A stretch of 64,000 bases of DNA from a virus, in IMG/VR virus record IMGVR_UViG_3300010397_000005, positions 1 to 64,000 of that record; one strand, 5' to 3'. The position numbers and the translations under genes are program-made. Under the pieces are notes generated by a model. The model worked only from the letters and a program-made list of their open reading frames with translations, had not been told where the DNA came from and did not search any database. Of the stretch, positions 37,170-46,017 are shown piece after piece. Positions within the stretch are counted from its first letter, which is position 1. Every line of letters begins with the position of its first letter.

Positions 37170-37907
37170 TCATTGTCTGATCTCCTTGCGTTTTACGATC
37201 TTGAACTGCGCCATGATGGCGTCAAACTCCGCTCTCTGATCCTCGTTCAAACAATCCATACAATTTCCCTCGTACAAAGGGATCTTCTCAAGTTTGCAGA
37301 CAGCGCATACACTTGGCCCATCCGGTTGACCTAGAACTACTGTCGGGCTCTCGCATTCTGGTGAGCAAAAGGACTGCCACCACTGCTTTTGCAGGAATAG
37401 AACCTCGCAACGAGCGCAGCGTCGTTCCTCGCAACTGTATTTAATATCCCACCTATCGCTCCAGTTTGACTCATGCGCCTCGGTCCACTCCTCTTTGACT
37501 TGTCTGATAGCCCTGTTCGCAACCTTCCAGATTTTCAACCGCTCGCAGTTTCCGCAAAGCGTGCGCTTGTAGCTTTTTGGGATTCGGTAAGCACACTCTG
37601 AGCAACGTCGCTCTTTGGGTGAGCTGGTTCCCTTTGGAAAAGATTTGTTATAGGATGGCTGAAACAGGGCGATCATAGCCGACTCGAAACTAGCTGCGAC
37701 TTCACGGTTGGGAAAGAACCAGAAGTCGAAATGATCGCCTTCCCTTACATCGTCAGCCTTGTCAATAACATCGTGATTATAGAACGGACGTCGATAACCC
37801 TTCGCGGTGACGCCGATGTATAGATATCTCTCATTTCGCCTCCATCCGTAGACCGCGAACGCTCTCCAGTTCGGCATTCCGGCCAGCGTTAAATCCGGTT
37901 TTTGCAT
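37170..37907 (-). CDS. GIY-YIG-like nuclease domain plus Zn fingers
   Basis: AVYGW.....YLYIG.T...RR...E..MI..FQPSYN followed by CxxC modules. Confidence 0.62.
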   Translation of the reverse strand: MQKPDLTLAGMPNWRAFAVYGWRRNERYLYIGVTAKGYRRPFYNHDVIDKADDVREGDHFDFWFFPNREVAASFESAMIALFQPSYNKSFPKGTSSPKERRCSECAYRIPKSYKRTLCGNCERLKIWKVANRAIRQVKEEWTEAHESNWSDRWDIKYSCEERRCARCEVLFLQKQWWQSFCSPECESPTVVLGQPDGPSVCAVCKLEKIPLYEGNCMDCLNEDQRAEFDAIMAQFKIVKRKEIRQ

Positions 37908-38085
37908 TCTCAGGTTTCTCCTCCCGTTTGCGAGGATGCGCCTGATCCCATGCCAGCCAGCGGCAATTGGGCGAGCAGTAGTTTTGCTTCTCACGACCCG
38001 TCTCGAAGGATTTACCGCACTTTTCCCACTGACAGGTCTTTCTCAATCTCGGCTTTGGCTTGTAGCGACCCATAGACATCCTCAA
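37831..38085 (-). CDS. Treble-clef Zn-finger protein
   Basis: CQWEKCGKSF...QNYCSPNCR. Confidence 0.55.
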   Translation of the reverse strand: MRMSMGRYKPKPRLRKTCQWEKCGKSFETGREKQNYCSPNCRWLAWDQAHPRKREEKPENAKTGFNAGRNAELESVRGLRMEAK

Positions 38086-38092
38086 ATTTGAA

Positions 38093-38146
38093 TTGCAACG
38101 CTTATTTCCGTGGAGGCATTATACCTAGCATCACAAGCGTTTGCAA
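38093..38146 (-). promoter_or_regulatory. Sigma70-type promoter flanked by an inverted repeat
   Basis: TTGCAA(38146-41)-17-TATAAT(38123-18); IR TTGCAACGCTT / AAGCGTTTGCAA. Confidence 0.62.
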
Positions 38147-38175
38147 GCGGAAGTTTCCCATTTGCTAGTCTCGCC

Positions 38176-38808
38176 CTACCCCCGCACGCGGCTGAGCACT
38201 TCATTCGCAGCGATCCACGCCGGATCTGACATCCACGCCTCACCTGTCTGTTCGAAGCGTGACATCAGCCCTGCCAGCGCCGCGACGAGTTGCGCGTGGT
38301 TATTCAGCGCCGTTAGCACGAACGCCTTATCGTCATCGTTCGGCGCTTCCAAATACTTCACGTTGACAAACATCATTGCGCGGCCATTGGCTTCGGTCAG
38401 CGCCAGCCGATCTCCGTCGCGCGCGATCCACCGTACGGGCGTGATTGGCCCGATCTGCTCACCCAGCGCCCGCTCCGGTTGCGTGCTTACTTTCCCTGCT
38501 CGATCGCAATCGCCACAAAGCCAGGTTTCGGCCTCCGGCGTCACGTCTTCCCTGCCCGGCGCCTGCAAGTACCAGTCACAGGTTTCAGTATCATTTTCGT
38601 AGGCCGTCACCGGGATCGACTCCTGCGCGCCGCATTGAGCACAGGTTAACGTGATCTCCGTGTCGCACTCATGCCCCTCCATCGTCGCATTCGTCCCCTC
38701 AACCCCGCACTGATCACAAGTGGCGGTATAGTCCGGCGCTTCTAAATCCTCGAACATCTGATCGAACTCACATCGTTCACTCGCTGTCGCTTTCGTCATG
38801 GTTGTCAT
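38176..38808 (-). CDS. Hypothetical Zn-finger protein
   Basis: GGAGGAG SD, CxxC pairs. Confidence 0.6.
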   Translation of the reverse strand: MTTMTKATASERCEFDQMFEDLEAPDYTATCDQCGVEGTNATMEGHECDTEITLTCAQCGAQESIPVTAYENDTETCDWYLQAPGREDVTPEAETWLCGDCDRAGKVSTQPERALGEQIGPITPVRWIARDGDRLALTEANGRAMMFVNVKYLEAPNDDDKAFVLTALNNHAQLVAALAGLMSRFEQTGEAWMSDPAWIAANEVLSRVRG

Positions 38809-38814
38809 TTACGT

Positions 38815-39141
38815 TCACTCCTCCCCGTCGAATTCGTCACAGTTGCAATCCTTCACGTAGCACTGGCCGATCTCGAAATCCTCAACCTCAAGCCGTGGAT
38901 CTCCCTCGCGCGCGTGCTGCCAGTCTGAATGGCCGCAGGAACACTTGCCGATCTTGCGAAAGTAGCCCTGTGCGTTCATGTCTGATTGATAAGTGTCCTG
39001 TATCTGATCTGAGTCGAGCATCGAAGCGAGGTTCTTTGCCTCCTGCAACAGCTCGCCGTAGCTTAGACCATCGACATATTGCTGCAACCACTCTTGCGGA
39101 TTGCTCCATTTGTAAGTTTTCTCTGTTGCCGTCATTGTCAT
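38815..39141 (-). CDS. Hypothetical protein
   Basis: ATGA overlap, AGGAG SD. Confidence 0.6.
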   Translation of the reverse strand: MTMTATEKTYKWSNPQEWLQQYVDGLSYGELLQEAKNLASMLDSDQIQDTYQSDMNAQGYFRKIGKCSCGHSDWQHAREGDPRLEVEDFEIGQCYVKDCNCDEFDGEE

Positions 39142-39353
39142 TTGCGTGCTCCTGTCTCAGTCTGACGAGCCGCCCTTTCAGCTTCGTGTATCAAGTAAGC
39201 GAGCTGATCGCGTCGTCTGTCTCCAGCATTGCGCGCATAAACCGAAACGCCGTGGCCCACGTTGACGTAACCCATAAACTCACGCTTGAATCCCCGTCGA
39301 GATAGAGCCGCGTCGAACTGCGCCTTAGTCAGATCGCGAATAGTTGTCGCCAT
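39138..39353 (-). CDS. Hypothetical protein
   Basis: GAGGAG SD. Confidence 0.6.
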   Translation of the reverse strand: MATTIRDLTKAQFDAALSRRGFKREFMGYVNVGHGVSVYARNAGDRRRDQLAYLIHEAERAARQTETGARK

Positions 39354-39382
39354 TTCTTACACTCCTCTCAGGTTTAGTTAAA

Positions 39383-39616
39383 CTACTTATGCAACGTCAC
39401 AAACATGGTCCGCCCGTAGCTCAACGTCGTGTACATGATCCCGTTCGTAATCCGTCTCGGACCATCCTGCGGGAAGCGCCTGATCAACTCTCGCTGCATC
39501 TCCCGCACCGATCCCCAGCCCGACTCAAAAGTGGTCGGCGGCTTCACTCTCGGCGCGATCGGCGTCCCGTTATCCGCAACATCCTCCGGCCAGTGTTTGA
39601 TGATGGTCATGCGCAT
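39383..39616 (-). CDS. Hypothetical protein
   Basis: AAGGAG SD. Confidence 0.55.
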   Translation of the reverse strand: MRMTIIKHWPEDVADNGTPIAPRVKPPTTFESGWGSVREMQRELIRRFPQDGPRRITNGIMYTTLSYGRTMFVTLHK

Positions 39617-39788
39617 CGTCTCCGCTCCTTACTAAGAATTCGCCGCCGTTGTCTTCGAATACAGGATCGCCTGCTTCAATATGTCGCCGAGTATGAAGGC
39701 GGTACTCCCCGCTATCAACCCGACGCTGAACTGTCGAAGTTGAGCAAATAGCGCACGAACCTTTTTCGTCGTAAAGTTGATATTCCAT
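39570..39788 (-). CDS. Hypothetical protein
   Basis: GGAGG SD. Confidence 0.45.
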   Translation of the reverse strand: MEYQLYDEKGSCAICSTSTVQRRVDSGEYRLHTRRHIEAGDPVFEDNGGEFLVRSGDDAHDHHQTLAGGCCG

Positions 39789-39826
39789 TTGTCTGAATCC
39801 TCCACTCGCTTGTACTCAGCCCTGAG

Positions 39827-40054
39827 TCAGCCCTCCACTCGACGAGCCTCCGGTCGCATCGCCGTCGTGTGGTCATTCGGCGCTTCATCGTTGTTGTGCT
39901 CGCCCCAGCAACCGACACATACATCCTCGGCACAACCAATGCAGAACCGCACAGGAAAACAGCCGTCATGCTCGCACGAAGGACAACCCTGACTGATCTC
40001 CTGCGCGGCAGACGTTAATAGCTTGTCGTTCATCATCATTTCTCCTCGTCCCAC
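39827..40054 (-). CDS. Cys-rich microprotein
   Basis: CPSC...CIGC...CVGC...H. Confidence 0.55.
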   Translation of the reverse strand: MGRGEMMMNDKLLTSAAQEISQGCPSCEHDGCFPVRFCIGCAEDVCVGCWGEHNNDEAPNDHTTAMRPEARRVEG

Positions 40055-40245
40055 GACAACCCGCTCAGCCTGTAGAACCGCTCGACTCCCACTACCTGCA
40101 CGATCACATTGCCATGATGACCGTAGTCCTCGATGTCGATAATCACGCAGCGCTGTCCGTAGACTTCGCAGGTCTGGCCGATTTGTGGCTTAGGTCTAGG
40201 TGTCCTCATTGTCTCAATCTCCTCTTTCGTGTTCGTCATCGTCAT
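40036..40245 (-). CDS. Hypothetical early protein
   Basis: Operon packing. Confidence 0.55.
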   Translation of the reverse strand: MTMTNTKEEIETMRTPRPKPQIGQTCEVYGQRCVIIDIEDYGHHGNVIVQVVGVERFYRLSGLSWDEEK

Positions 40246-40268
40246 AGTGAGTGCATCCTACTCCTTCG

Positions 40269-40532
40269 TGATAACTCAATGAGGCATCGCGGTCGAATTG
40301 TTTAGTTGCCCGTAGAACGCCACGCAACAAACGCCTCCCTCAGTGTCGGATGCTGACCCTTGCGATAGCTTGCGAGCACTTGCCGAGCAACGGAATCCAT
40401 TTTCATCGGCTGAATCCCGTTAGCGTGTACGTACTGCCGAACTTGCTCTAATGTGAACTTTTTACCCGGCGTCATAATGTCGATGATGGTCATAGTGAAT
40501 AGTCCTTTCTGCGATGCCTGATTCAGTTATCA
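40269..40532. repeat. 22-nt inverted repeat (20/22) bracketing ORF 40302-40493
   Basis: TGATAACTCAATGAGGCATCGC (40269-90) vs reverse complement of 40511-32, TGATAACTGAATCAGGCATCGC. Confidence 0.8.
40302..40493 (-). CDS. First gene of the major early transcript, hypothetical
   Basis: AAAGGA SD; enclosed by the inverted repeat. Confidence 0.62.
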   Translation of the reverse strand: MTIIDIMTPGKKFTLEQVRQYVHANGIQPMKMDSVARQVLASYRKGQHPTLREAFVAWRSTGN

Positions 40533-40587
40533 AAGAGCGCGTCAATCGAACAATCCGCATCCTACTCCTGTTGCTATACAATGTCAA
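40521..40587 (-). promoter_or_regulatory. Strong early promoter followed by a boxA-like element
   Basis: TTGACA(40587-82)-17-TAGGAT(40564-59), then GCGCTCTTTGATAACTGAAT (40540-21). Confidence 0.7.
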
Positions 40588-40592
40588 GCGAA

Positions 40593-40862
40593 TTATTCAG
40601 CCGTTCTGAAATAATTTGCGGGCAATAGCGTCACGACGGGTTTGGCTCTTAGCTCAGGCCTAAACTCGGAACCGTTGACTAGCGACATATAAGGTGCTTC
40701 TCTGTCGCTCGTGGCCCACACTGTCTGCGGTAGCTGGTACATGTCGGCGTCTACTTTAGCGCCAACCATGGCCGTGTGAAGCGCGTCCTGCGCTTTTGTC
40801 AGCTTGTATGACTGTGATCTCCTGCCAGTTGTGAATTGCGTATGCAGTGTTGTTTTTGTCAT
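40593..40862 (-). CDS. Hypothetical protein (leaderless)
   Basis: ATG 7 nt after a TAGGGT -10 box. Confidence 0.6.
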   Translation of the reverse strand: MTKTTLHTQFTTGRRSQSYKLTKAQDALHTAMVGAKVDADMYQLPQTVWATSDREAPYMSLVNGSEFRPELRAKPVVTLLPANYFRTAE

Positions 40863-40869
40863 ACCTCGC

Positions 40870-40974
40870 ACCCTACTATCATTGTCTAGCGTTGTCAAGC
40901 ATAATCTCAATTATTTCACCGTTCAAGTTGACCGCTAATAAATGCTTGACATAGATTGACGACTAGTGTAGTCT
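40870..40974. promoter_or_regulatory. Divergent promoter pair at the strand switch
   Basis: Minus: TTGACA(40898-93)-17-TAGGGT(40875-70). Plus: TTGACA(40946-51)-17-TAGTCT(40969-74). Confidence 0.7.
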
Positions 40975-40984
40975 GTGCCTCGAC

Positions 40985-41146
40985 ATGGCGACAACGACTA
41001 AGGACAAAATGTTATTCGCCCGCGTGGAAGAGGCACTAATTCGGCGACTTAAACGGGTAGCGAAACAGATCGACCGCCCGCCTTCATGGGTAGTGAGGGA
41101 AGCGGTGAAGGCTGAATTGGATCGAATCGAAGGCAAGGTCAAATGA
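40985..41146 (+). CDS. 53-aa ribbon-helix-helix regulator (not in ORF track)
   Basis: MATTTKDKMLFARVEEALIRRLKRVAKQIDRPPSWVVREAVKAELDRIEGKVK; ATGA overlap with the next gene. Confidence 0.75.
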   Translation: MATTTKDKMLFARVEEALIRRLKRVAKQIDRPPSWVVREAVKAELDRIEGKVK

Positions 41147-41496
41147 TTTCAGCCGCTCGCATTGCCAAGCTAGAGAAAGCGATACGCCTGCGAGCGAAGC
41201 TGTTAGATTTCGATCGTGATGTACCGCCATTCACAGCGGGCGTTTACAGAATCCGCAATACCAAAACAGGGGATTGCTACATCGGAGCCGCAAGCAACTT
41301 AAGAGCGCGAGCATCTGGGCATCGTCATATGCTGTCATTTGAGGCGCACACGAAGCTGATTCAGAAAGCTGTCAAGCGTCACGGAATAACAAGCTTAGTT
41401 TTCGAGGTTTTAATCATTTGCACGCCTGAGCATTTAACTTTGTACGAGACGGCTTGTATTAAGAAGTTTCAGCCAGCATATAATACGCGAGTGTGA
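41143..41496 (+). CDS. GIY-YIG endonuclease
   Basis: GVYRIRN..TGDCYIG...NLRAR...H...E...I..FQPAYN. Confidence 0.82.
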   Translation: MISAARIAKLEKAIRLRAKLLDFDRDVPPFTAGVYRIRNTKTGDCYIGAASNLRARASGHRHMLSFEAHTKLIQKAVKRHGITSLVFEVLIICTPEHLTLYETACIKKFQPAYNTRV

Positions 41497-41521
41497 GAGC
41501 GCTCGGACCGCAGCGAAAGAG

Positions 41522-41890
41522 GTGAGGGAGATGAGAGTCGAAACTTGGACGTTTTCAGGAATGCCGATGGGCAAGCGCAGTCAAAGCCGAACGGCGGTTG
41601 CTACGAAATACTTTAGCGGCACCATTGAATTACGCGGTGCGTATCCGCTAATGCGCGCAGTCGTCCGCGAGCAGTTTCCGGCTGGCAGGATTAAGAAATA
41701 CGATGATTTTAACTTGCTGGTTGGGACCACGGATGGAAAGTACTCTGAATCTGCATTTCTGCCCGTGACGCGCATTGTTCGCTATAACGAAGCTGGCAGT
41801 AAGCATAAATGTGACGGACGCTGTTTGAATGCGAAGCGCGGTGATTGTGAGTGTTCTTGTAGTGGCGTTAATCATGGATTAGGCTCGTAA
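41522..41890 (+). CDS. Hypothetical protein with Cys-rich C-terminus
   Basis: KCDGRCLNAKRGDCECSCSGVNHG. Confidence 0.65.
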   Translation: MREMRVETWTFSGMPMGKRSQSRTAVATKYFSGTIELRGAYPLMRAVVREQFPAGRIKKYDDFNLLVGTTDGKYSESAFLPVTRIVRYNEAGSKHKCDGRCLNAKRGDCECSCSGVNHGLGS

Positions 41891-41921
41891 CCAAAACCAA
41901 CCAGGTTGAGGAGTTGAGGGA

Positions 41922-42530
41922 ATGCGAGTGCTGGTAGCCTGTGAATTCTCCGGCGTTGTAAGAGAAGCTTTCCGAGCGCATGGCCATGATGCGTGGTCCT
42001 GCGATCTTCTACCCTCTGAGCTGCCGGGCCCGCACCTGCAATGTGATATTTTCTCCGTACTGGATCGCGACTGGGATCTGCTAATCTTTCACTGGCCCTG
42101 CACTTACCTTACGCGCGCACAAGCGGGCTGGTTCTTCAACCGTCCGAAGAAACCAAAGGCGCATATTCTCTATGGCTATCCTCGTTATCGGGCCATGAGG
42201 CGCTCAGCGCGCAGCTTCCGTTACCTGTTAAACTCCCGCATTCCCCGGATCGCAGGCGAGAATCCGATTCCCTATCGAGATGCGCGACTGATTATGGGCG
42301 AACCAACACAGACAATTCAGCCTTACCAGTTCGGTCATCCTGAACGCAAAGCCACTTGTTTATGGCTGAGAAATCTGCCACCATTGCGGCCTACGGAGAT
42401 AGTCTCCCTCCCGGAGAAGAAATCAGAGGCGCAACGATTACATCATTTGCCACAGTCTCCCGATCGCTGGAAAGAACGATCTCGAACCTTTCCAGGCATT
42501 GCTGCCGCAATGGCTGAACAATGGAGTTAA
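41922..42530 (+). CDS. Short phage C5-cytosine methyltransferase-like protein
   Basis: MRVLVACEFSG..R.AF...GHDAWSCDL, HWPC (PC motif IV), ENP (motif VI), K.TCLWL. Confidence 0.8.
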   Translation: MRVLVACEFSGVVREAFRAHGHDAWSCDLLPSELPGPHLQCDIFSVLDRDWDLLIFHWPCTYLTRAQAGWFFNRPKKPKAHILYGYPRYRAMRRSARSFRYLLNSRIPRIAGENPIPYRDARLIMGEPTQTIQPYQFGHPERKATCLWLRNLPPLRPTEIVSLPEKKSEAQRLHHLPQSPDRWKERSRTFPGIAAAMAEQWS

Positions 42531-42533
42531 CCC

Positions 42534-42683
42534 ATGCACCGCCTAACCCTCTCCGACTACGCTCTCGTCATCCTGCTCCTCCTTGCGCTCGCACTCGGGT
42601 TGAGCTACGGGTTACAACGGTGGGTGGTGCAGGTGAGTAGTGAGACGAGTGGGAGGATTGAGCGTGCAGGGAGGGATTACTAA
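42534..42683 (+). CDS. 49-aa membrane microprotein (not in ORF track)
   Basis: MHRLTLSDYALVILLLLALALGLSYGLQRWVV...; GGAG SD. Confidence 0.55.
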   Translation: MHRLTLSDYALVILLLLALALGLSYGLQRWVVQVSSETSGRIERAGRDY

Positions 42684-43032
42684 CCCCTTTGTGCCGCTAC
42701 CCGCTCAAGCGTAATCAAGTCCTGCGAGTGAGGGTTGACCCTCTATCCGACTGCTTAATCTTCATTCTCGAAGAAACCCTCGGCAGCCGGAAGATTGCCA
42801 AACCTTACGCTTTCCTTACCGATCCTACTTGTTGGCAAGTGTTTGACGTGGCCCTCGATACCCTACAGCGAGGGCTCAAATTTTACCGTCTCGCTGGTAT
42901 TTCAATACGTCGGACAAGCCGGAAATAGTCCAGCCGTAGAGAGCGATAGTCTACATCTTGTACTAAGTTCTTTGTATGCAATGAGTTAGCGATACTATTT
43001 TCTCTCCGTTTTTATCGTGCTAGTATTTCCGT

Positions 43033-43602
43033 ATGATTTCCACGAAATACGAACAGTTCTGGACGGAGCAACGAGGGTATGCGGCTTTAGGACTAGCAGA
43101 GGGTAAATCACAGGCAGAAGTGGCTGCTTTAGCAGGGGTGACTGATCGCACTATTCGCAATTGGCTGGACGATGATCGGTTTACGGCTGAGATTGATCGG
43201 TTATCGCTGATGGTAGGGGTAGCCAGTCGAGCAGAGCGACTCAGACTGGTCAATCGCTTAGTAAAACAGCGCGTCCGCGAGGAAGACGGATACATCATCA
43301 CCGAGAAAGATCTCCTCGACTGGCTCAAATTCGCGCAATCAGAAACCGACGGGGCGAAGATCGATCTCAGTAAGTTAGCCGAGATGCTTGCAGGTGAGAG
43401 TGCGCAGCAGGCTGATGGACCAGCGACGCGACAACTGGCGGGGACGATTGACGTAGAGGCTACACAGAGCGCGGTTGAGGCAGGGTTGGATACTGTTATG
43501 TTCACCGATGGTACGTCTACAGGTGGTAGTGAAAGTGGTAATTCGTCGTCGTTATCGCAAGATGTAGTAGCAGGACCAGACGAGGAGTTGAATCCATCAT
43601 GA
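43033..43602 (+). CDS. HTH protein, probable terminase small subunit
   Basis: AALGLAEGKSQAEVAALAGVTDRTIRNWL..D.F, helical middle, disordered tail; upstream of TerL. Confidence 0.6.
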   Translation: MISTKYEQFWTEQRGYAALGLAEGKSQAEVAALAGVTDRTIRNWLDDDRFTAEIDRLSLMVGVASRAERLRLVNRLVKQRVREEDGYIITEKDLLDWLKFAQSETDGAKIDLSKLAEMLAGESAQQADGPATRQLAGTIDVEATQSAVEAGLDTVMFTDGTSTGGSESGNSSSLSQDVVAGPDEELNPS

Positions 43603-43784
43603 GCCTGCCATCCGGTATACCATTGGCGTTTATCGCCATCTCCAGTGGTCTGCTTTGGGGATTACTGGAAACGGTAGCGGTCCCCAAGAACGATAACGAC
43701 TGGCCGGAGCTGCATCGCTGGTGTAGGGAAGTATCCAGGATTATCTTCGCGGCGAGCACGATTGCGCTCATGCTGAAGGTATAA
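43599..43784 (+). CDS. Small two-TM protein
   Basis: ATGA overlap, two hydrophobic segments. Confidence 0.5.
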   Translation: MSLPSGIPLAFIAISSGLLWGLLETVAVPKNDNDWPELHRWCREVSRIIFAASTIALMLKV

Positions 43785-43882
43785 GCCCACTCTCAACAGT
43801 AGACCATAGACCACCACTACTCACAACTGCGCGCGAATCGCCACCGTCATCAATATCTATCATCGCCATTGGCCCACATGGT

Positions 43883-44140
43883 CTAACCCCTACGCCACCG
43901 TGCCACACTGGCCTTAATCCCGGCCACTAACTCGCTTGCTTCAGCCGCGCTGAGCTGTCCTCGCACAACCCAGTCTCGCGCTCCCTCCACACACGCTAAT
44001 GAACAACGATCGCACAAGTCTCGATAGTTACCCTGCACCGTGTGGTAGTTCCAGCAGCGCGGGCACTTGCTACCGTCGGCGCGAGTGATGGAGACTATCA
44101 CCTGTCGTAGTAGTAATTCGTCGTCGTTTGTCGTCGTCAT
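43883..44140 (-). CDS. Stand-alone IleRS-type C-terminal Zn-finger protein
   Basis: VSITRADGSKCPRCWNY...DLCDRC. Confidence 0.65.
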   Translation of the reverse strand: MTTTNDDELLLRQVIVSITRADGSKCPRCWNYHTVQGNYRDLCDRCSLACVEGARDWVVRGQLSAAEASELVAGIKASVARWRRG

Positions 44141-44285
44141 CGATCCGTGTCATCAGCTCTCGGCACGCATCACCCTCACACCTCAAATCTAAAAGTGTTG
44201 GGGTAGGTGAGGGAGGTAGGTATGGGCTGAATGCAAATTTTCCCCTTTCCAACTTGCACAATATCTTGTTATCTGGCTTCTGTTC

Positions 44286-44564
44286 CTACTCCCCCGCTCT
44301 TGGAAAACTATAACTTTCCGCTTCCTTGTTCCGTTGTCGGCAATTCAATTTGCGACGCATTCGCTCGCGTGTTGCGACATTATTTATTTGCCGATGTCGC
44401 TCACAGTGGTAAGGCTCTTTCCAGTCTTTTCGAGCGTGTCTACGATATCCATTAGCAGATTCGCCACAGATGATACATTTACCATCGCACCGCTTTCGTA
44501 GCTGGTACTTACGCTGTCGGGAGATGTTCAGTCGCGTAAACTCATCGATAATTTCTTTAAGCAT
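44286..44564 (-). CDS. Basic Zn-finger protein
   Basis: SRQRKYQLR...CIICG...HCERH. Confidence 0.55.
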   Translation of the reverse strand: MLKEIIDEFTRLNISRQRKYQLRKRCDGKCIICGESANGYRRHARKDWKEPYHCERHRQINNVATRERMRRKLNCRQRNKEAESYSFPRAGE

Positions 44565-44573
44565 TTGCCGTAC

Positions 44574-44885
44574 CTACGCCAGACAACACTCCCTATCAAA
44601 CATCTCCCGCACGGTGCTCAGTTTCGTCGTAGTAGTGAAATCGGGATTCGTCTTAGCGAGCAGCAGGTGAACCAACTCGTGAATCAACCCCGTATCGGAG
44701 AGCAGGTGCTGTGCCTGTTGCTCCTTCAGCCAGCATGTAATGCAGGCGAAGTGGGTGATATTCAGTAATTCGTCAGTGAATTCCTCGTCTGACATCAGCG
44801 TGTAGCGTCGATAGTCTTCGCGCAGGGCAGAGTATGACAGCAGGTAGTGATTATTGGGATGATTATCGGGATCGTAACTGATCAT
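44574..44885 (-). CDS. Hypothetical protein
   Basis: Contains HELVH (HExxH-like). Confidence 0.55.
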   Translation of the reverse strand: MISYDPDNHPNNHYLLSYSALREDYRRYTLMSDEEFTDELLNITHFACITCWLKEQQAQHLLSDTGLIHELVHLLLAKTNPDFTTTTKLSTVREMFDRECCLA

Positions 44886-44907
44886 AGGCTAGCTCGTTTC
44901 GTGCTTG

Positions 44908-45285
44908 TTATAATTCGATTTCCTTCTTTGTCACTATCCCATCCCGCACGCTGACACGCTCGATTGTGTCGCCGCCTTCCCAAACCAGCGTCGCTTCTAA
45001 TATGCCCGTGCTCTCTTTCAGCGCTGGCTCAAGAATCCACTCCCAGAACGTCCCCGATCCTTCTCCGGTCATGTCGAATTCAGTAACGGTGAAGTTACCA
45101 TCGGCCAAGGTGCCCGTAATTTCCTGCTCGCACCCACACTCAAGCACGGCTACATTCGACTGTGGATCATCTACATGGAATTCAGGATGCCAGTCAGTGC
45201 GCTTATGGCGAAAGAACGCAGCCTGCAGGATGGTGAGATTCTCAAGTTTGCGAGTCTTCCATCGACTGATATCGTAGCCCATCAC
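44908..45285 (-). CDS. Hypothetical protein
   Basis: GGAG SD, 125 aa. Confidence 0.6.
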   Translation of the reverse strand: MMGYDISRWKTRKLENLTILQAAFFRHKRTDWHPEFHVDDPQSNVAVLECGCEQEITGTLADGNFTVTEFDMTGEGSGTFWEWILEPALKESTGILEATLVWEGGDTIERVSVRDGIVTKKEIEL

Positions 45286-45296
45286 TTATCTCCGTT

Positions 45297-45491
45297 CTAG
45301 TTCATCTGCCCTTTCAGTTCCAGTGCCGCCCCCAGCGCCCATAGTCTCACCGTGATCTCCGCTGACTGGTCGTCGAGATCTCCGAGTGCATCGAGAACCA
45401 TTCCCGCCAACCTCGGCTCGTACCCATCCAGCACGAGATAGATGACGATCGGATAGTCGAGCAGGAGATCGAGGGCGTCGTCAGGGGTCAT
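45297..45491 (-). CDS. Hypothetical protein
   Basis: ATGA overlap. Confidence 0.5.
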   Translation of the reverse strand: MTPDDALDLLLDYPIVIYLVLDGYEPRLAGMVLDALGDLDDQSAEITVRLWALGAALELKGQMN

Positions 45492-45739
45492 TGCAAGGAT
45501 ACTCCGTTAGCCCACGTCTCCTGACCGAACCATTCCATTAGTGCGCGAATAAACAGCCCGCGACACTCTTTACAAATCCGCAACGCGTAGAACTTGCGCC
45601 CGTCGCTGGCGATGTGATCGTAGATTGTAAACGGCACTCCTGTCTCGTTTAGACTGTAGAGACAGGCGAGCAGCAGCGTGCGCAAGTCCGGCGACTCCGT
45701 GCCGCAGCGCTGGCATTTTTCTTCGGCTGTTATAGTCAT
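45488..45739 (-). CDS. Zn-finger hypothetical protein
   Basis: Likely start MTITAEEKCQRC; CKEC. Confidence 0.55.
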   Translation of the reverse strand: MTITAEEKCQRCGTESPDLRTLLLACLYSLNETGVPFTIYDHIASDGRKFYALRICKECRGLFIRALMEWFGQETWANGVSLQ

Positions 45740-46017
45740 AAATTGAACCTCGCCCACTTCGTCCTCAGCCACAACCACGCTTTGAACCACCGAGGCAGGA
45801 GATGACGAGTCAGTTCCACACTGGTGTCGCGCCACTCCGTCACCGGAGCGCCATCCGGCAGATCGAGCGAGTTGGCATCGAGACAGAGCGAGACGAGATG
45901 GCGGTTGTAGATTCGTACTTCCCACGGGCGCATGGCGAAGGGGTAGTGAGGGATGAGTGCTGCGTCGTCTTGAAAGTGATTAGCAGTCACTTCGATAGTC
46001 CTCGTTGCTTTAACCAT
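45736..46017 (-). CDS. Hypothetical protein
   Basis: Operon packing. Confidence 0.5.
   Translation of the reverse strand: MVKATRTIEVTANHFQDDAALIPHYPFAMRPWEVRIYNRHLVSLCLDANSLDLPDGAPVTEWRDTSVELTRHLLPRWFKAWLWLRTKWARFNL

Noticed and set aside
43534-44128. Direct repeat AGT(G/A)GTAATTCGTCGTCGTT at about 43534 and 44109
   Set aside because: Both copies are in coding sequence, low complexity (TCG runs), and there is no integrase; not supportable as att or pac.
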